Assembly (NCBI GenBank): GCA_964498325.1
Contig: CAZCHF010000001.1
Coordinates: 127,225 to 191,224 of the forward strand
Source of the DNA: an uncultured Candidatus Kuenenia sp.
GTDB taxonomy: Bacteria; Planctomycetota; Planctomycetia; Pirellulales; UBA1268
Direction: 5' to 3'
Length of the DNA stretch: 64,000 bases
Below, in pieces: positions 28,736 through 37,690 of the stretch (the stretch's first letter is position 1; each line of letters begins with the position of its first letter). A model generated the notes under the pieces. The model saw nothing but the letters and a program-made list of their open reading frames with translations. It made no database searches and was not told the origin of the DNA. The position numbers and the translations under genes are program-made.

Positions 28736-29380
28736 ATGATTGAAACCTTGATTCAGGGCGGGCCGCTGATGATCCCGCTTGTGTTCTGCAGCCTTGCGGC
28801 ACTGGCCGTCGTCTTCGATCGCTGGATGGCCTTTCGGCAGAATTCCAGGGTCGACGTCAAGGCTCTCCGCGCCCGCGTGCTCGCGCACCTCAAGAAGGGT
28901 AGCCTGCCGGCGGCCATAGAAGACTGTGAAACGTCTCGCGGTCCCGTGGCCGCGGTGATGCTCGCAGGCCTGAAGAGCTACTCACATCTCAAGGCCAAGG
29001 GAGAGAACGCCGAGACGATGCGGATGGTCGTGGGCGAAGTGATGCAAGACGCCAGCGCTCAGGCGATGAGCGCCGTGAACAACCGCCTCGACGTCCTCAC
29101 GACCGTAGGCACTGCCGCGCCGCTCTTGGGAATGACCGGCACCGTGACGGGCATGATCGGCTCGTTCGCAAGTCTTGCGGAAGCGGGCAGTTCGGCCGGA
29201 GGTGGTGGCGCCGTGGCCAACGGCATCGCCGAGGCCCTCATTACGACGGCTGCCGGCCTTCTCATCGCCTTGGCCGCGGTGATTCCGCAGAGCCTCTTCA
29301 ATCGGTGGAGCGACGAAATCGAACTCCAAATCGACGAAGCCTCCGCCGAACTCGTCGAACACATCCTCACCAGCCACTAG
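28736..29380 (+). CDS. exbB: MotA/TolQ/ExbB proton channel family protein
   Basis: GGPLMIPL TM1; APLLGMTGTVTGMI and IAEALITTAAGL with conserved Thr residues. Confidence 0.92.
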   Translation: MIETLIQGGPLMIPLVFCSLAALAVVFDRWMAFRQNSRVDVKALRARVLAHLKKGSLPAAIEDCETSRGPVAAVMLAGLKSYSHLKAKGENAETMRMVVGEVMQDASAQAMSAVNNRLDVLTTVGTAAPLLGMTGTVTGMIGSFASLAEAGSSAGGGGAVANGIAEALITTAAGLLIALAAVIPQSLFNRWSDEIELQIDEASAELVEHILTSH

Positions 29381-29463
29381 TTGTACGCGGACGAAGCCCT
29401 CTATGGCCTTTGTCCGCTCGAGGCCGCGGCTTCAACGCCCCCAGGCATGTCGGTCCCTTTACG

Positions 29464-29868
29464 ATGAAACTCCGTGAGAAAAAGAATCGAGAAGGTGGCA
29501 TCCCCACCGACTCGTTTTCCGACATCGCGTTTCTCCTCATCATCTACTTCCTCGTCGCCACGACGCTCGTGCGGGTGCAGGCGATTACCAGCGAGATGCC
29601 GTCGGGTGACAAGGCAGCCCAGGCCCAGTCGGAGAAGACGCCGATCGTGAACCTGCGGGGCGGGCAGATCTTCTTCAACGACGCGCCGGTGACGATCGAA
29701 GCGCTCGAGGAGAGCCTGGCGGCGCTCGACTTGCCGGCCCGGGCCCCGGACAAGCGGGTGGTGATGCTCGAGAGCGCGACCGGCACGCCCTACGACATCT
29801 ATTTCGAGGCCCTCGCGGCGATCAGTGGAAACGGCGGGGTCGTGGCGATGGTGAAACCAGAGAAGTAG
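29464..29868 (+). CDS. exbD: ExbD/TolR family protein
   Basis: SFSDIAFLLIIYFLV TM with the conserved Asp; periplasmic IFFND...VVMLES. Confidence 0.88.
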   Translation: MKLREKKNREGGIPTDSFSDIAFLLIIYFLVATTLVRVQAITSEMPSGDKAAQAQSEKTPIVNLRGGQIFFNDAPVTIEALEESLAALDLPARAPDKRVVMLESATGTPYDIYFEALAAISGNGGVVAMVKPEK

Positions 29869-29872
29869 CCCC

Positions 29873-30313
29873 ATGCCGAAGAATCGCAAACTCGCGAGGC
29901 GGAAGAAGCGGCGGACGGTGCCCGTGCCGACCGCCAGCATGGGCGACATCGCGTTTCTGCTCATCATCTTCTTCCTCGTCTGCAGCGAGACGACGCAGGA
30001 CGCCGCCGACATCCAGGTGACCCTGCCCACGTCGGCGCGGGTCGAGAAGGCGAAGCCCGGCGCCGTCGCCCGAGTCGCCATCGACAAGGACGGCCAGATC
30101 TATTTCAACGGCGGCCGTGTCGAGTCCGCCAAGGATGTCGAACTGGGAATCAGTGCACTCGTGACCCGAACGGTGTCGGAGGACCAGCGGCACGTCCAGT
30201 TCCGCTGCGATGCCGGCGTCACCAATGACATTTTCGAACCAGTCTTGACTGCCATCGCCGAGGGCGGAGGCATCCTCAGCGCCATAGGAACCAAAAAGGA
30301 GAGCACACCATGA
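29873..30313 (+). CDS. exbD: ExbD/TolR family protein (second copy)
   Basis: SMGDIAFLLIIFFLV; VAIDKDGQIYFNG; VQFRCD. Confidence 0.9.
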   Translation: MPKNRKLARRKKRRTVPVPTASMGDIAFLLIIFFLVCSETTQDAADIQVTLPTSARVEKAKPGAVARVAIDKDGQIYFNGGRVESAKDVELGISALVTRTVSEDQRHVQFRCDAGVTNDIFEPVLTAIAEGGGILSAIGTKKESTP

Positions 30314-30801
30314 GTGCCACACGTCGATCGAGTGCCGAGCCCGAGGATCTCATGCGGGATTTTCGAGGTGGCGGGCTTATGCGGTTTGCGATCTTGGCGC
30401 TGGTCGTCCATGCGATCGTGATCCTCGCCACGAGCATTCCCTGGCTTCGGGAGACCTTCATGGGGTCGGCGACCGCAGGCATGACCGAAGAGGAAAAGCT
30501 CGAGGCCGCGGTCCGCGAGGCGACCTCGAAGATCTCGGCCATCGCCAAGGAACATGGCGTGTCGCCACTCGAACTCGGGGCCCGCTTCGGCGGTAACGGT
30601 AAGTCATCGACGTCGGCGAGCAAGGCGCCAGCCGACAAGCCGAAGGCACCGGCTCCTGGAACAACTCCTGCCGCGCCGGCCGCCACTGAGACACCAGCAG
30701 GTCAGACGCCGCCCGCTGACACGCCGCCAACGGCTGCCCCGCCCGTCCCGCCCGGCCCGTCGCTGCCCGCGGTGGATGACAACGTGGATCTCTTCAAGTA
30801 G
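30310..30801 (+). CDS. Single-TM protein with TM His and Pro/Ala/Thr-rich tail; TonB/TolA-like N-terminal half without a TonB C-terminal domain
   Basis: ATGA overlap with exbD; FAILALVVHAIVILATSIPW; tail APAPGTTPAAPAATETPAGQTPPADTPPTAAPPVPP. Confidence 0.65.
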   Translation: MSATRRSSAEPEDLMRDFRGGGLMRFAILALVVHAIVILATSIPWLRETFMGSATAGMTEEEKLEAAVREATSKISAIAKEHGVSPLELGARFGGNGKSSTSASKAPADKPKAPAPGTTPAAPAATETPAGQTPPADTPPTAAPPVPPGPSLPAVDDNVDLFK

Positions 30802-30828
30802 CAACGCCATCGTCAGCCCGAGTTCCCC

Positions 30829-32451
30829 GTGATGACCACCGCCAGCCCGGACTTCGAGACCGGGACGATCGACGCGATTCCAACCGCGCCGTCCGTCGCG
30901 AAAGCGACGGTGGTGGCGATCGGTGGCGTGCTGGCCGGGCTGATCGGAATCGCGGCCTGGTGGTTTTTGCCCGCTGCCCTGGAGAAAGTGCTCGCGGCCA
31001 ATCCTTCGATCGCCGGGCTCTTCGGACGAAACCTGGTCGCCGTGCTCGCGAAGGGATGTTTTCTCGCGGCCGTGGCCGTCGGTGGCCTCTGCATCGCCGC
31101 GGGCCTGCTCGCCCTGGTGCGATCCCGGGCCACGTGGTGGTTGTTGTTCCTCGCCGTCGCAACCATCCATGTCGTGGCAGTGGGCTTCGTGGGCACGGCC
31201 TGGTATGCCACGTCCACGATCCTGTCGGCGGGTCTTCAGATCGATGGGACTGACCAGGACAAGGTCACGCTGACGCTGCTCTGGTGGAAGCTCGCCTGGC
31301 CGGCACTCGCCATGATGGTGGCCGCTGCCTGGATGCAGACGATGCTCCGGAGCCGGTCGGTCTACGCCGCGTTCACCGGCAGCGAGGGGGAGCCGCTTCG
31401 TGGTGACGAGACGCTCGAGAATCTTCGCACCGGTGGCCGCGATCCGCGGCACCGCAAGAGTCTCTATGCCAGTGGACTCACGCATCTGCTCGTAATCGTC
31501 GTGATTCCCTGGCTCATGCAGATGGACGGCTGCGTGGAGCCCTACCGCGTGCCGAAAGGGAGCGGCAACCCGGTGGTCGCCATCGTGAAGATGGTCAAGC
31601 CGAAGAAGAAAAAGAAAAAGAAATCGATCACTGTCAATCCGAACTCGGCCATCGTCTTCGAGAAGCCCGACCTCGACCACACCGAGGCGGATGAAGAGAT
31701 GAAGGAGATGACCGAACACAAGTACGAGGTGGCCGCGACCAGCGGCGCGACCGGCAACCTCGGCAAGGGAGGAGGCACCGAAGGGGGTTGGCCCGAGGGC
31801 ATGGAGGATTACAAGATCCGGTTCATCCGGCTCGATCACGGCGGGTCCGGCTGGGACGACGGCATGGACGAAACCGGGGCCGACATCAACTTCCTTCGCG
31901 AGTTCGCCCAGGCCACCGGCTTCAAAAAGATCGCCCGCAGCGGCGAGAGCCACTCGATCGCACTCCTTCGAAAGTATCCCCGCGACGGGTTTCCGCCGTT
32001 CGTGTACCTCACCGGCAACGGTGCCATGGGCCGCACGACGCCGTCGGACGACAAGATCCTGCGTGAGTATTGCCTTGGCGGCGGTCTTCTCATCGCCGAC
32101 GCCGGCAGCCTCGCCTTCGACCAGTCGTTCCGGCACTTCATCCATAAGGTTTTTCCGGACAAGCCCCTGGTCGACATCGCCGACGACGATGAGCTCTACC
32201 GGCTCCCGTTCATGTTTCCCGATGGCGCGCCGGCCTTTTGGCACCACGGCGGCAGGCGTGCCCTCGGGATCAAGCACGAGGGACAGTGGGTGGTCTTCTA
32301 TCACCCGGGCGACATGAACGATGCCTGGAAGTCGCCGGGCTACACCGATGTGTCTCCCGAGATGCGGGCCAGCGCCATGCATCTTGGCATCAACCTCGTG
32401 CGGTATGCCTTCGACCGCTGGAACGACGCCGTGGCCAAGGCGGGGAAATGA
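30829..32451 (+). CDS. Polytopic membrane protein with a TonB-like SxxxH TM and a C-terminal DUF4159 domain
   Basis: About 5 TM segments; SGLTH; K-rich linker; C-terminal FIRLDH...NFLREF...PFVYLTG...LREYCLGGGLLIADA...LGINLVRYA typical of DUF4159. Confidence 0.8.
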   Translation: MMTTASPDFETGTIDAIPTAPSVAKATVVAIGGVLAGLIGIAAWWFLPAALEKVLAANPSIAGLFGRNLVAVLAKGCFLAAVAVGGLCIAAGLLALVRSRATWWLLFLAVATIHVVAVGFVGTAWYATSTILSAGLQIDGTDQDKVTLTLLWWKLAWPALAMMVAAAWMQTMLRSRSVYAAFTGSEGEPLRGDETLENLRTGGRDPRHRKSLYASGLTHLLVIVVIPWLMQMDGCVEPYRVPKGSGNPVVAIVKMVKPKKKKKKKSITVNPNSAIVFEKPDLDHTEADEEMKEMTEHKYEVAATSGATGNLGKGGGTEGGWPEGMEDYKIRFIRLDHGGSGWDDGMDETGADINFLREFAQATGFKKIARSGESHSIALLRKYPRDGFPPFVYLTGNGAMGRTTPSDDKILREYCLGGGLLIADAGSLAFDQSFRHFIHKVFPDKPLVDIADDDELYRLPFMFPDGAPAFWHHGGRRALGIKHEGQWVVFYHPGDMNDAWKSPGYTDVSPEMRASAMHLGINLVRYAFDRWNDAVAKAGK

Positions 32452-33719
32452 CGATGCAGTGGGATTGGAACTCCTTTGGCGCGGTCGGATACCTCGGGGT
32501 CGTGGTGTCGTTCGTGGTGCCCGTGCTCTGGGTGATCGGCCGGCTGCGCAAGGGAAACCCACGGCTGTTGGTGACGGCCGTGGGCATCGCGGGGATCGCC
32601 GCTCTCTGTGGCCAGATCAACTCCACCTTCCATGTGAATGCACTCGAACCCGACCGCTCGGCCGTGGAGGCGGCGGCGAAGGCAGCGGCCGAGGAACTCC
32701 ACAAGCGGAAGCTCGCCGCGATCGATGCCACCCGTGAGCAGGCGGCGGCCGACATCCGCTTCGCTGAGGATGCCAAGGACGACTCGCTCGACAAGGCCGG
32801 GCTCGACGATGGCGATCTCAAGTACCTCGAGCAGATCGAGGCGGAAGAGTCGGCGGCGACGCCTGAATGGAAGAAGAAAAAGAAAACCCGTGGCGAGGGA
32901 GGCACGCCCGACGACAGCCTCGAAGCCGAGCTCGATGGCGACAAGAACCCAGCCGGCATGGCGTCCGGGTCGACCACGGAGGAATCGAAGCGTCCAGCGA
33001 TCGTCGTCTCCGAAGCCGCCTACTCGACCGCCCACCGCGTCGACCGCTGGAACCTCTGGTGGACGAGATTCTTGGTGGTCGCTGCGATGGCCATCCTGGG
33101 GTACGACTGGCTCCGTGCTGCGAACGACTACGCGCGGGCCTACTCGCCGCTGCGAGTACCGAGCACCCTCGTCAATGCCATGAGGCCTCTTGCCCCGCTC
33201 ACGATCCGACCGGAGCCGCCGCGCCGCTCCATGCCCGAGGAACTCGCGTGGTTTCTCCGCCGTGGCGATTCGTTCGTCTACCTTGCGGGCACGGCTGACG
33301 CGGCCGACCGAGCGGAGGCCGCGCTCGCAACGTTTGAAAAACAAAGGCATCCGGTGCAGGTCTTGCGAGTCGGCCCAAAGGGGGAGCGGTGCAGCAACCG
33401 CTTCGTGTTTGAGGCGGTTTGGTTCGGACGATGTTCGTTCATCATCGCCGACCCCGCCCGGGCCGAGCGTCTCGTGAAGGAATTCTGTATCTTCCTGGAA
33501 GAGCGGAGAGGGACGCGGGCACAGGCGCGGCAGACGGTGCATGTCGTTTGGGACCTTGCCGGCGCCGTGCCTCGCGACAAAGTTCCGGCCTTTGTCGAAG
33601 CATGGAAAAAACTGATCCAGGCTCTGGCGTGGCGCGGAAAGCACGCGGGTTTTTCGGTGTTTCTCTCTCGGCAGCCTGAGCCGACAACCACCTCAACGAA
33701 GGCGGAGAACGCAGCATGA
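32448..33719 (+). CDS. Hypothetical membrane protein (about 3 TM, long acidic loop with a poly-Lys tract, C-terminal alpha/beta domain)
   Basis: ATG 32448 overlaps the upstream TGA (ATGA); stop overlaps the next ATG. Confidence 0.75.
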   Translation: MTMQWDWNSFGAVGYLGVVVSFVVPVLWVIGRLRKGNPRLLVTAVGIAGIAALCGQINSTFHVNALEPDRSAVEAAAKAAAEELHKRKLAAIDATREQAAADIRFAEDAKDDSLDKAGLDDGDLKYLEQIEAEESAATPEWKKKKKTRGEGGTPDDSLEAELDGDKNPAGMASGSTTEESKRPAIVVSEAAYSTAHRVDRWNLWWTRFLVVAAMAILGYDWLRAANDYARAYSPLRVPSTLVNAMRPLAPLTIRPEPPRRSMPEELAWFLRRGDSFVYLAGTADAADRAEAALATFEKQRHPVQVLRVGPKGERCSNRFVFEAVWFGRCSFIIADPARAERLVKEFCIFLEERRGTRAQARQTVHVVWDLAGAVPRDKVPAFVEAWKKLIQALAWRGKHAGFSVFLSRQPEPTTTSTKAENAA

Positions 33720-36700
33720 TGATCATCAGAATCGGCCACTTTCTGGGACTTGCCGTCGTCACGGCCATGGTCATGGCCACCACGACCACGGCGCTGGCCG
33801 ACGACGAGCGAGAAGTCACCGAAGAGCAGAAGGCCGCGGTGGCTGGAGCAGTCGACGAGACGGAGAAGCCCACCCGTCCCGACGAACTACCCGACTTCAC
33901 GAAGGGGGCGCCCGTTTCCGCCGAGATGCAGGTATGGAGCCTCGGGCCGACCGGTATGGTCGGCGTCTGGGCCGGTGGTTTTGGAGGTGATCAATTCCTG
34001 GTTCAGACCGTTCTGCCGGGCTCACCGGCCGTAGGCAAGATCCTTCCAGGCGACGTCCTGTTGGGCTTGAACGGGACGCCTTTCAAGGCAGGTGGCCACC
34101 TCGGCGTCCTCTTCGGCAACGCGATCATCGAAGCTGAAAAGGAAGAGAACGGCGGGAAGCTCGCACTCTCGGTCTGGCGCGACCGCAACTATCCCAAGCG
34201 GAACGCGACGCTCGACACCGACCGCGTGAACCTCGAAGAGGTGTTTAAGTCGGCCGAAGACGGCGATGCGCTCTATGACTGGAAGGCCGTGGAGGAGAAG
34301 AAGGCCGAAACGGCCCGCCAGAAATTCGACGAGTTTCCAATCGACGGCTTCACGCTCGATGTGGAACTGAAGCTCAGAACGTTTCCTGCGTACGCCGATA
34401 CCGCGCCCTTCGACTGCCCGAAGACGATGGCGATTCTCGAAGACGCCTGGAAGGTGCTGGAAAAGAAATTCACCAAAGACCCCAAGGTTCCGAACTCGGG
34501 TCGCGGCGGGACGACCGAGGCGCTGGCCCTTTTGGCGTCAGGCAAACCCGAGCACCGCAAGCTCGTGCATGACTGGGTGCGGAGCCCCCACTGCAAACAG
34601 TGGCAGCCAGAATTTGCCGGCTCGATCGACATGATGAAGCCTCCAGGCGGGAAGCTTACTTGGACCGTCGGGTTCGTGGGACTTCCCTGCGCGATCTACT
34701 ACGACTGCACGGGAGACGAGTACGTGCTTCCGGCCTTGAAGGAATGGGCCGTGAAGACCGCCATGGGCCAGAGCGGCGGCGGCACGTGGGGCCACACCTT
34801 CGCCTGGCCGATGTTTAACGGCGGTAAACTTCACGGATCCAATCCAGGATACGGCGGGTTGAATTGCGCGGGAGTCCACTGCTTCTTCCTCCTGGCCCTC
34901 GCCAAGAAGCATGGCATCGAGCACCCTGAAATTGATGCGGCGATCGCACGTTCGCACCGATTCTACAGCTCTTTCGTCGACCAGGGAGCCATCGGGTATG
35001 GCGACCATCCCGCCGCCGATACCGACGACAGCAATGGAAAAAACGCGGGCACTGCCTTTGCGATGAAGCTCATCGGCGATACGTATGCGGCAAAATACTT
35101 CGCAACGATGTCTGCCCACGCGTCGTTCACTGCCCGCGGCTGCCATGGCCACGATTGGCATACCAACTGGTCCTGTTGGGCTGCGAGCCTCGTCGGCGAC
35201 GAGGCGAGGATCGCCGCCGAGCGCAACATGCGGTGGCGCCGAACGCTCTGCCGTCGCCATGACGGCAGCTTCGTGTACCACTCGCCTTCTATTAAACACA
35301 GAACCCTCCGCGACCCAACCGCGACGGAGGTGCTCCATCAGGCGGTTGCCCTGCGGCAGACGCTCATCACCGGCAAGGACCCGGACAAGAGCCTCTGGCT
35401 CAATGACCGGGAATTCAAGCACCTGATGGCAAGCGCCCAGGGTCAATTCAACGACCCCGTGCTCGACGCGAAGGTGGGCACGCCGTGGCCTCAGAGGTCG
35501 ACTGACGAACTCTTCGACCTGCTTGACATATTCATGCCGAAGACCCGGCGCTTTGTGGCGGCAGAGTTGGGCAAGCGATTCAAGGGAGGCGAGAAGGAGA
35601 TTGCGCCGCGGCTTCTCGCGCTTCTTGAAAGCGACAATCCGCGACTGCGGGATGGCGGCCTGCGGGGTCTCCATTTCTGCGGGCCTGACACCGTCTTGGC
35701 GAACCTCTCGACGATCACGAAGAGGCTCAATGACTCGCACGACTTCGTTCGCAAGACGGCCGTGGGCGTCGTCGAGGTCGCGGCGATGAAGACCGACACG
35801 CAAGAGGCGCTCCTTGCGGCCGCCGCCGCGGATCCCAAAGCGATGGCTCCAAACAGCGTCCGCAACGACATCCAGCTGTCGCTGTTCGCCGGCGACACGC
35901 CACTGGCCAAGTCGCCGTTCAAGGCCGGCTTTGACGAGCGGCTCGTCCGCGACGCCATCGACGGCCTCCTGACGCTCGACCCGGTCGGTGGCAGAGGGTT
36001 CCTGGCCTCACGGATCAACGTCTGGGACAGGGACACGGTCGTGCGGCTGGCCAGCCCTCTGGTATTCATCGCCGAAGAGGAACAGGTCAATGACACGATG
36101 TTCGCCGGCCGTGTGAAGCCGGCTCGCGCAATCCTCCAACGGCACGATTTTCGCGAAGGCTTTGATGGCGCCTTGTACTTGCTCAGGCGGCAGGCCGCCC
36201 TCCCGCGGCATGTGCGCCCGTATGTGACCATGAGGTATTCGATTCTCGATCCCATGCTCGTCAAAAAGCATCCGGGAGTGTTCCGGGACTTCATGCCGGC
36301 ATTCCACACCGTGCTCATCGACAATCCGGTCGCGACCGTCACGGAAACGCATGGCACGCTGAAAATCGAAGTGCCCTTGTTCAGCTTCCTTTCGTTGATC
36401 GCCGCGGCACCGCCTGTCTCGCCGAAGCCGAGCATCGAAGAGGAGGTTCGGCGCGTGTTCACGGCAAAGCTCGAGGCTGCCGGCAGCGCGGATGCCAAGC
36501 TCGCTCTGTGCCGCGCAACGCTTGCCGACGATTCCCACCGCACGACGTTTGAATGTCTGGCAGCCATGGACTATCTCGTGCAGACGATCGGCAACGAGGC
36601 ACTCGATGACCTTCTGCCGCTCTTCGGCCGGAACGACTGGCGGGTGCGAGATCATGCCAGGGCCAAAGCGGCTGAGCTTGCCAGCAAGGATGGTGGCAAG

Positions 36701-37690
36701 GCGCTCGTTTCGCGATTCGTTGCGGCAAAGGACGATGATATCCGAGTCGGGATCTTGCACGCGCTCGGGGCAAGTCAGAGCAAGGCCGGCCTGGTTGTCG
36801 CAACGTCGGCGCTTGAGGACGCCAGCCCAGCCGTGCGCGGCGCGGCTGCCGAGGCCGTCGTGGCCATCGGAGGCGACGCATCGCTCGAACCCGTCCTTGC
36901 ACACTTCAAGACGGCGTCGGCGCCCGACGATCTGCGCGGTTGCGAAAAGGCGATCCTGGCCCTCCGTGCGTCTCCGTCGCTCGCGTCCCAGATTCGCGAC
37001 GCGCTCATTGCAGGACTGCCGCAGACCGAGGGCACCAGACGAGAATCGGTCTTGTGGCTGCTCGGCCAGATCGGTGATGCGCCGAGCCTCGCTGTCCTCG
37101 AGAAGGCCGGGGCCACCAAGGTCGCGGCGGATTTCCGCGTGGTCGTCAATGCCCTTTCCTATTCTCCCGCGATCGAGGCTGATGCCGTGCTGCTCAGGCT
37201 TGCCAAGTCCGACAAGGCCAAGGCGCCGATCGTCGCCGCCGAGAGTGTTCGGCGGATGGTGCTCGGTCCGAAGGGCTTTGGTGATCGTACGGACGATCAG
37301 CGAATCGCGTTCGCAGGTGGCATCCTGCAACTCGCAAGCGACGTCCGCCTCGTGACGTTCTTGGGCCGCATGGGGTCACCCCGTGCCATGCCGCTCTTGG
37401 TGACCGAGCTTCGCAAGGGGTTCAAGCCTGCCGCAGAGAGTGTCGTCACGAATGCCGAAGCGATGAAAAATCTGCCGCCAGCCGATGCCGCGATCGTGGC
37501 CCAGGCACTTCGGGACGTCATGGAGTATCTCGAGGTGACCGCGCTTCGGGGTGGCCCCGATGGGAAGGATTTTCGTGAGTATCCGGTCGCCAAGGCGCTC
37601 CAGGCCCGCGCCGGCCAGGCGCTCGTGAAGGTCCATAAGCCCGAGGCGGCTCCCATCCAAGGTTTTCAGGGAATCGACATCGATCTATGA
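33716..37690 (+). CDS. Secreted PDZ-like + DUF6288-like (alpha/alpha barrel) + HEAT-repeat protein
   Basis: Signal peptide; LGPTG...VLPGSPAVGKILPGDVLLGLNG (PDZ); APFDCPKT, GQSGGGTWGH, GYGGLN, GAIGYGDH, DSNGKN, GCHGH pattern recalled for DUF6288; C-terminal HEAT repeats. Confidence 0.75.
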   Translation: MMIIRIGHFLGLAVVTAMVMATTTTALADDEREVTEEQKAAVAGAVDETEKPTRPDELPDFTKGAPVSAEMQVWSLGPTGMVGVWAGGFGGDQFLVQTVLPGSPAVGKILPGDVLLGLNGTPFKAGGHLGVLFGNAIIEAEKEENGGKLALSVWRDRNYPKRNATLDTDRVNLEEVFKSAEDGDALYDWKAVEEKKAETARQKFDEFPIDGFTLDVELKLRTFPAYADTAPFDCPKTMAILEDAWKVLEKKFTKDPKVPNSGRGGTTEALALLASGKPEHRKLVHDWVRSPHCKQWQPEFAGSIDMMKPPGGKLTWTVGFVGLPCAIYYDCTGDEYVLPALKEWAVKTAMGQSGGGTWGHTFAWPMFNGGKLHGSNPGYGGLNCAGVHCFFLLALAKKHGIEHPEIDAAIARSHRFYSSFVDQGAIGYGDHPAADTDDSNGKNAGTAFAMKLIGDTYAAKYFATMSAHASFTARGCHGHDWHTNWSCWAASLVGDEARIAAERNMRWRRTLCRRHDGSFVYHSPSIKHRTLRDPTATEVLHQAVALRQTLITGKDPDKSLWLNDREFKHLMASAQGQFNDPVLDAKVGTPWPQRSTDELFDLLDIFMPKTRRFVAAELGKRFKGGEKEIAPRLLALLESDNPRLRDGGLRGLHFCGPDTVLANLSTITKRLNDSHDFVRKTAVGVVEVAAMKTDTQEALLAAAAADPKAMAPNSVRNDIQLSLFAGDTPLAKSPFKAGFDERLVRDAIDGLLTLDPVGGRGFLASRINVWDRDTVVRLASPLVFIAEEEQVNDTMFAGRVKPARAILQRHDFREGFDGALYLLRRQAALPRHVRPYVTMRYSILDPMLVKKHPGVFRDFMPAFHTVLIDNPVATVTETHGTLKIEVPLFSFLSLIAAAPPVSPKPSIEEEVRRVFTAKLEAAGSADAKLALCRATLADDSHRTTFECLAAMDYLVQTIGNEALDDLLPLFGRNDWRVRDHARAKAAELASKDGGKALVSRFVAAKDDDIRVGILHALGASQSKAGLVVATSALEDASPAVRGAAAEAVVAIGGDASLEPVLAHFKTASAPDDLRGCEKAILALRASPSLASQIRDALIAGLPQTEGTRRESVLWLLGQIGDAPSLAVLEKAGATKVAADFRVVVNALSYSPAIEADAVLLRLAKSDKAKAPIVAAESVRRMVLGPKGFGDRTDDQRIAFAGGILQLASDVRLVTFLGRMGSPRAMPLLVTELRKGFKPAAESVVTNAEAMKNLPPADAAIVAQALRDVMEYLEVTALRGGPDGKDFREYPVAKALQARAGQALVKVHKPEAAPIQGFQGIDIDL

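Noticed and set aside
31603-31623. A-rich poly-Lys codons (also about 32870-32886) as -1 frameshift sites
   Set aside because: The heptamers are G_AAA_AAG, not X_XXY_YYZ; both ORFs continue intact in frame.
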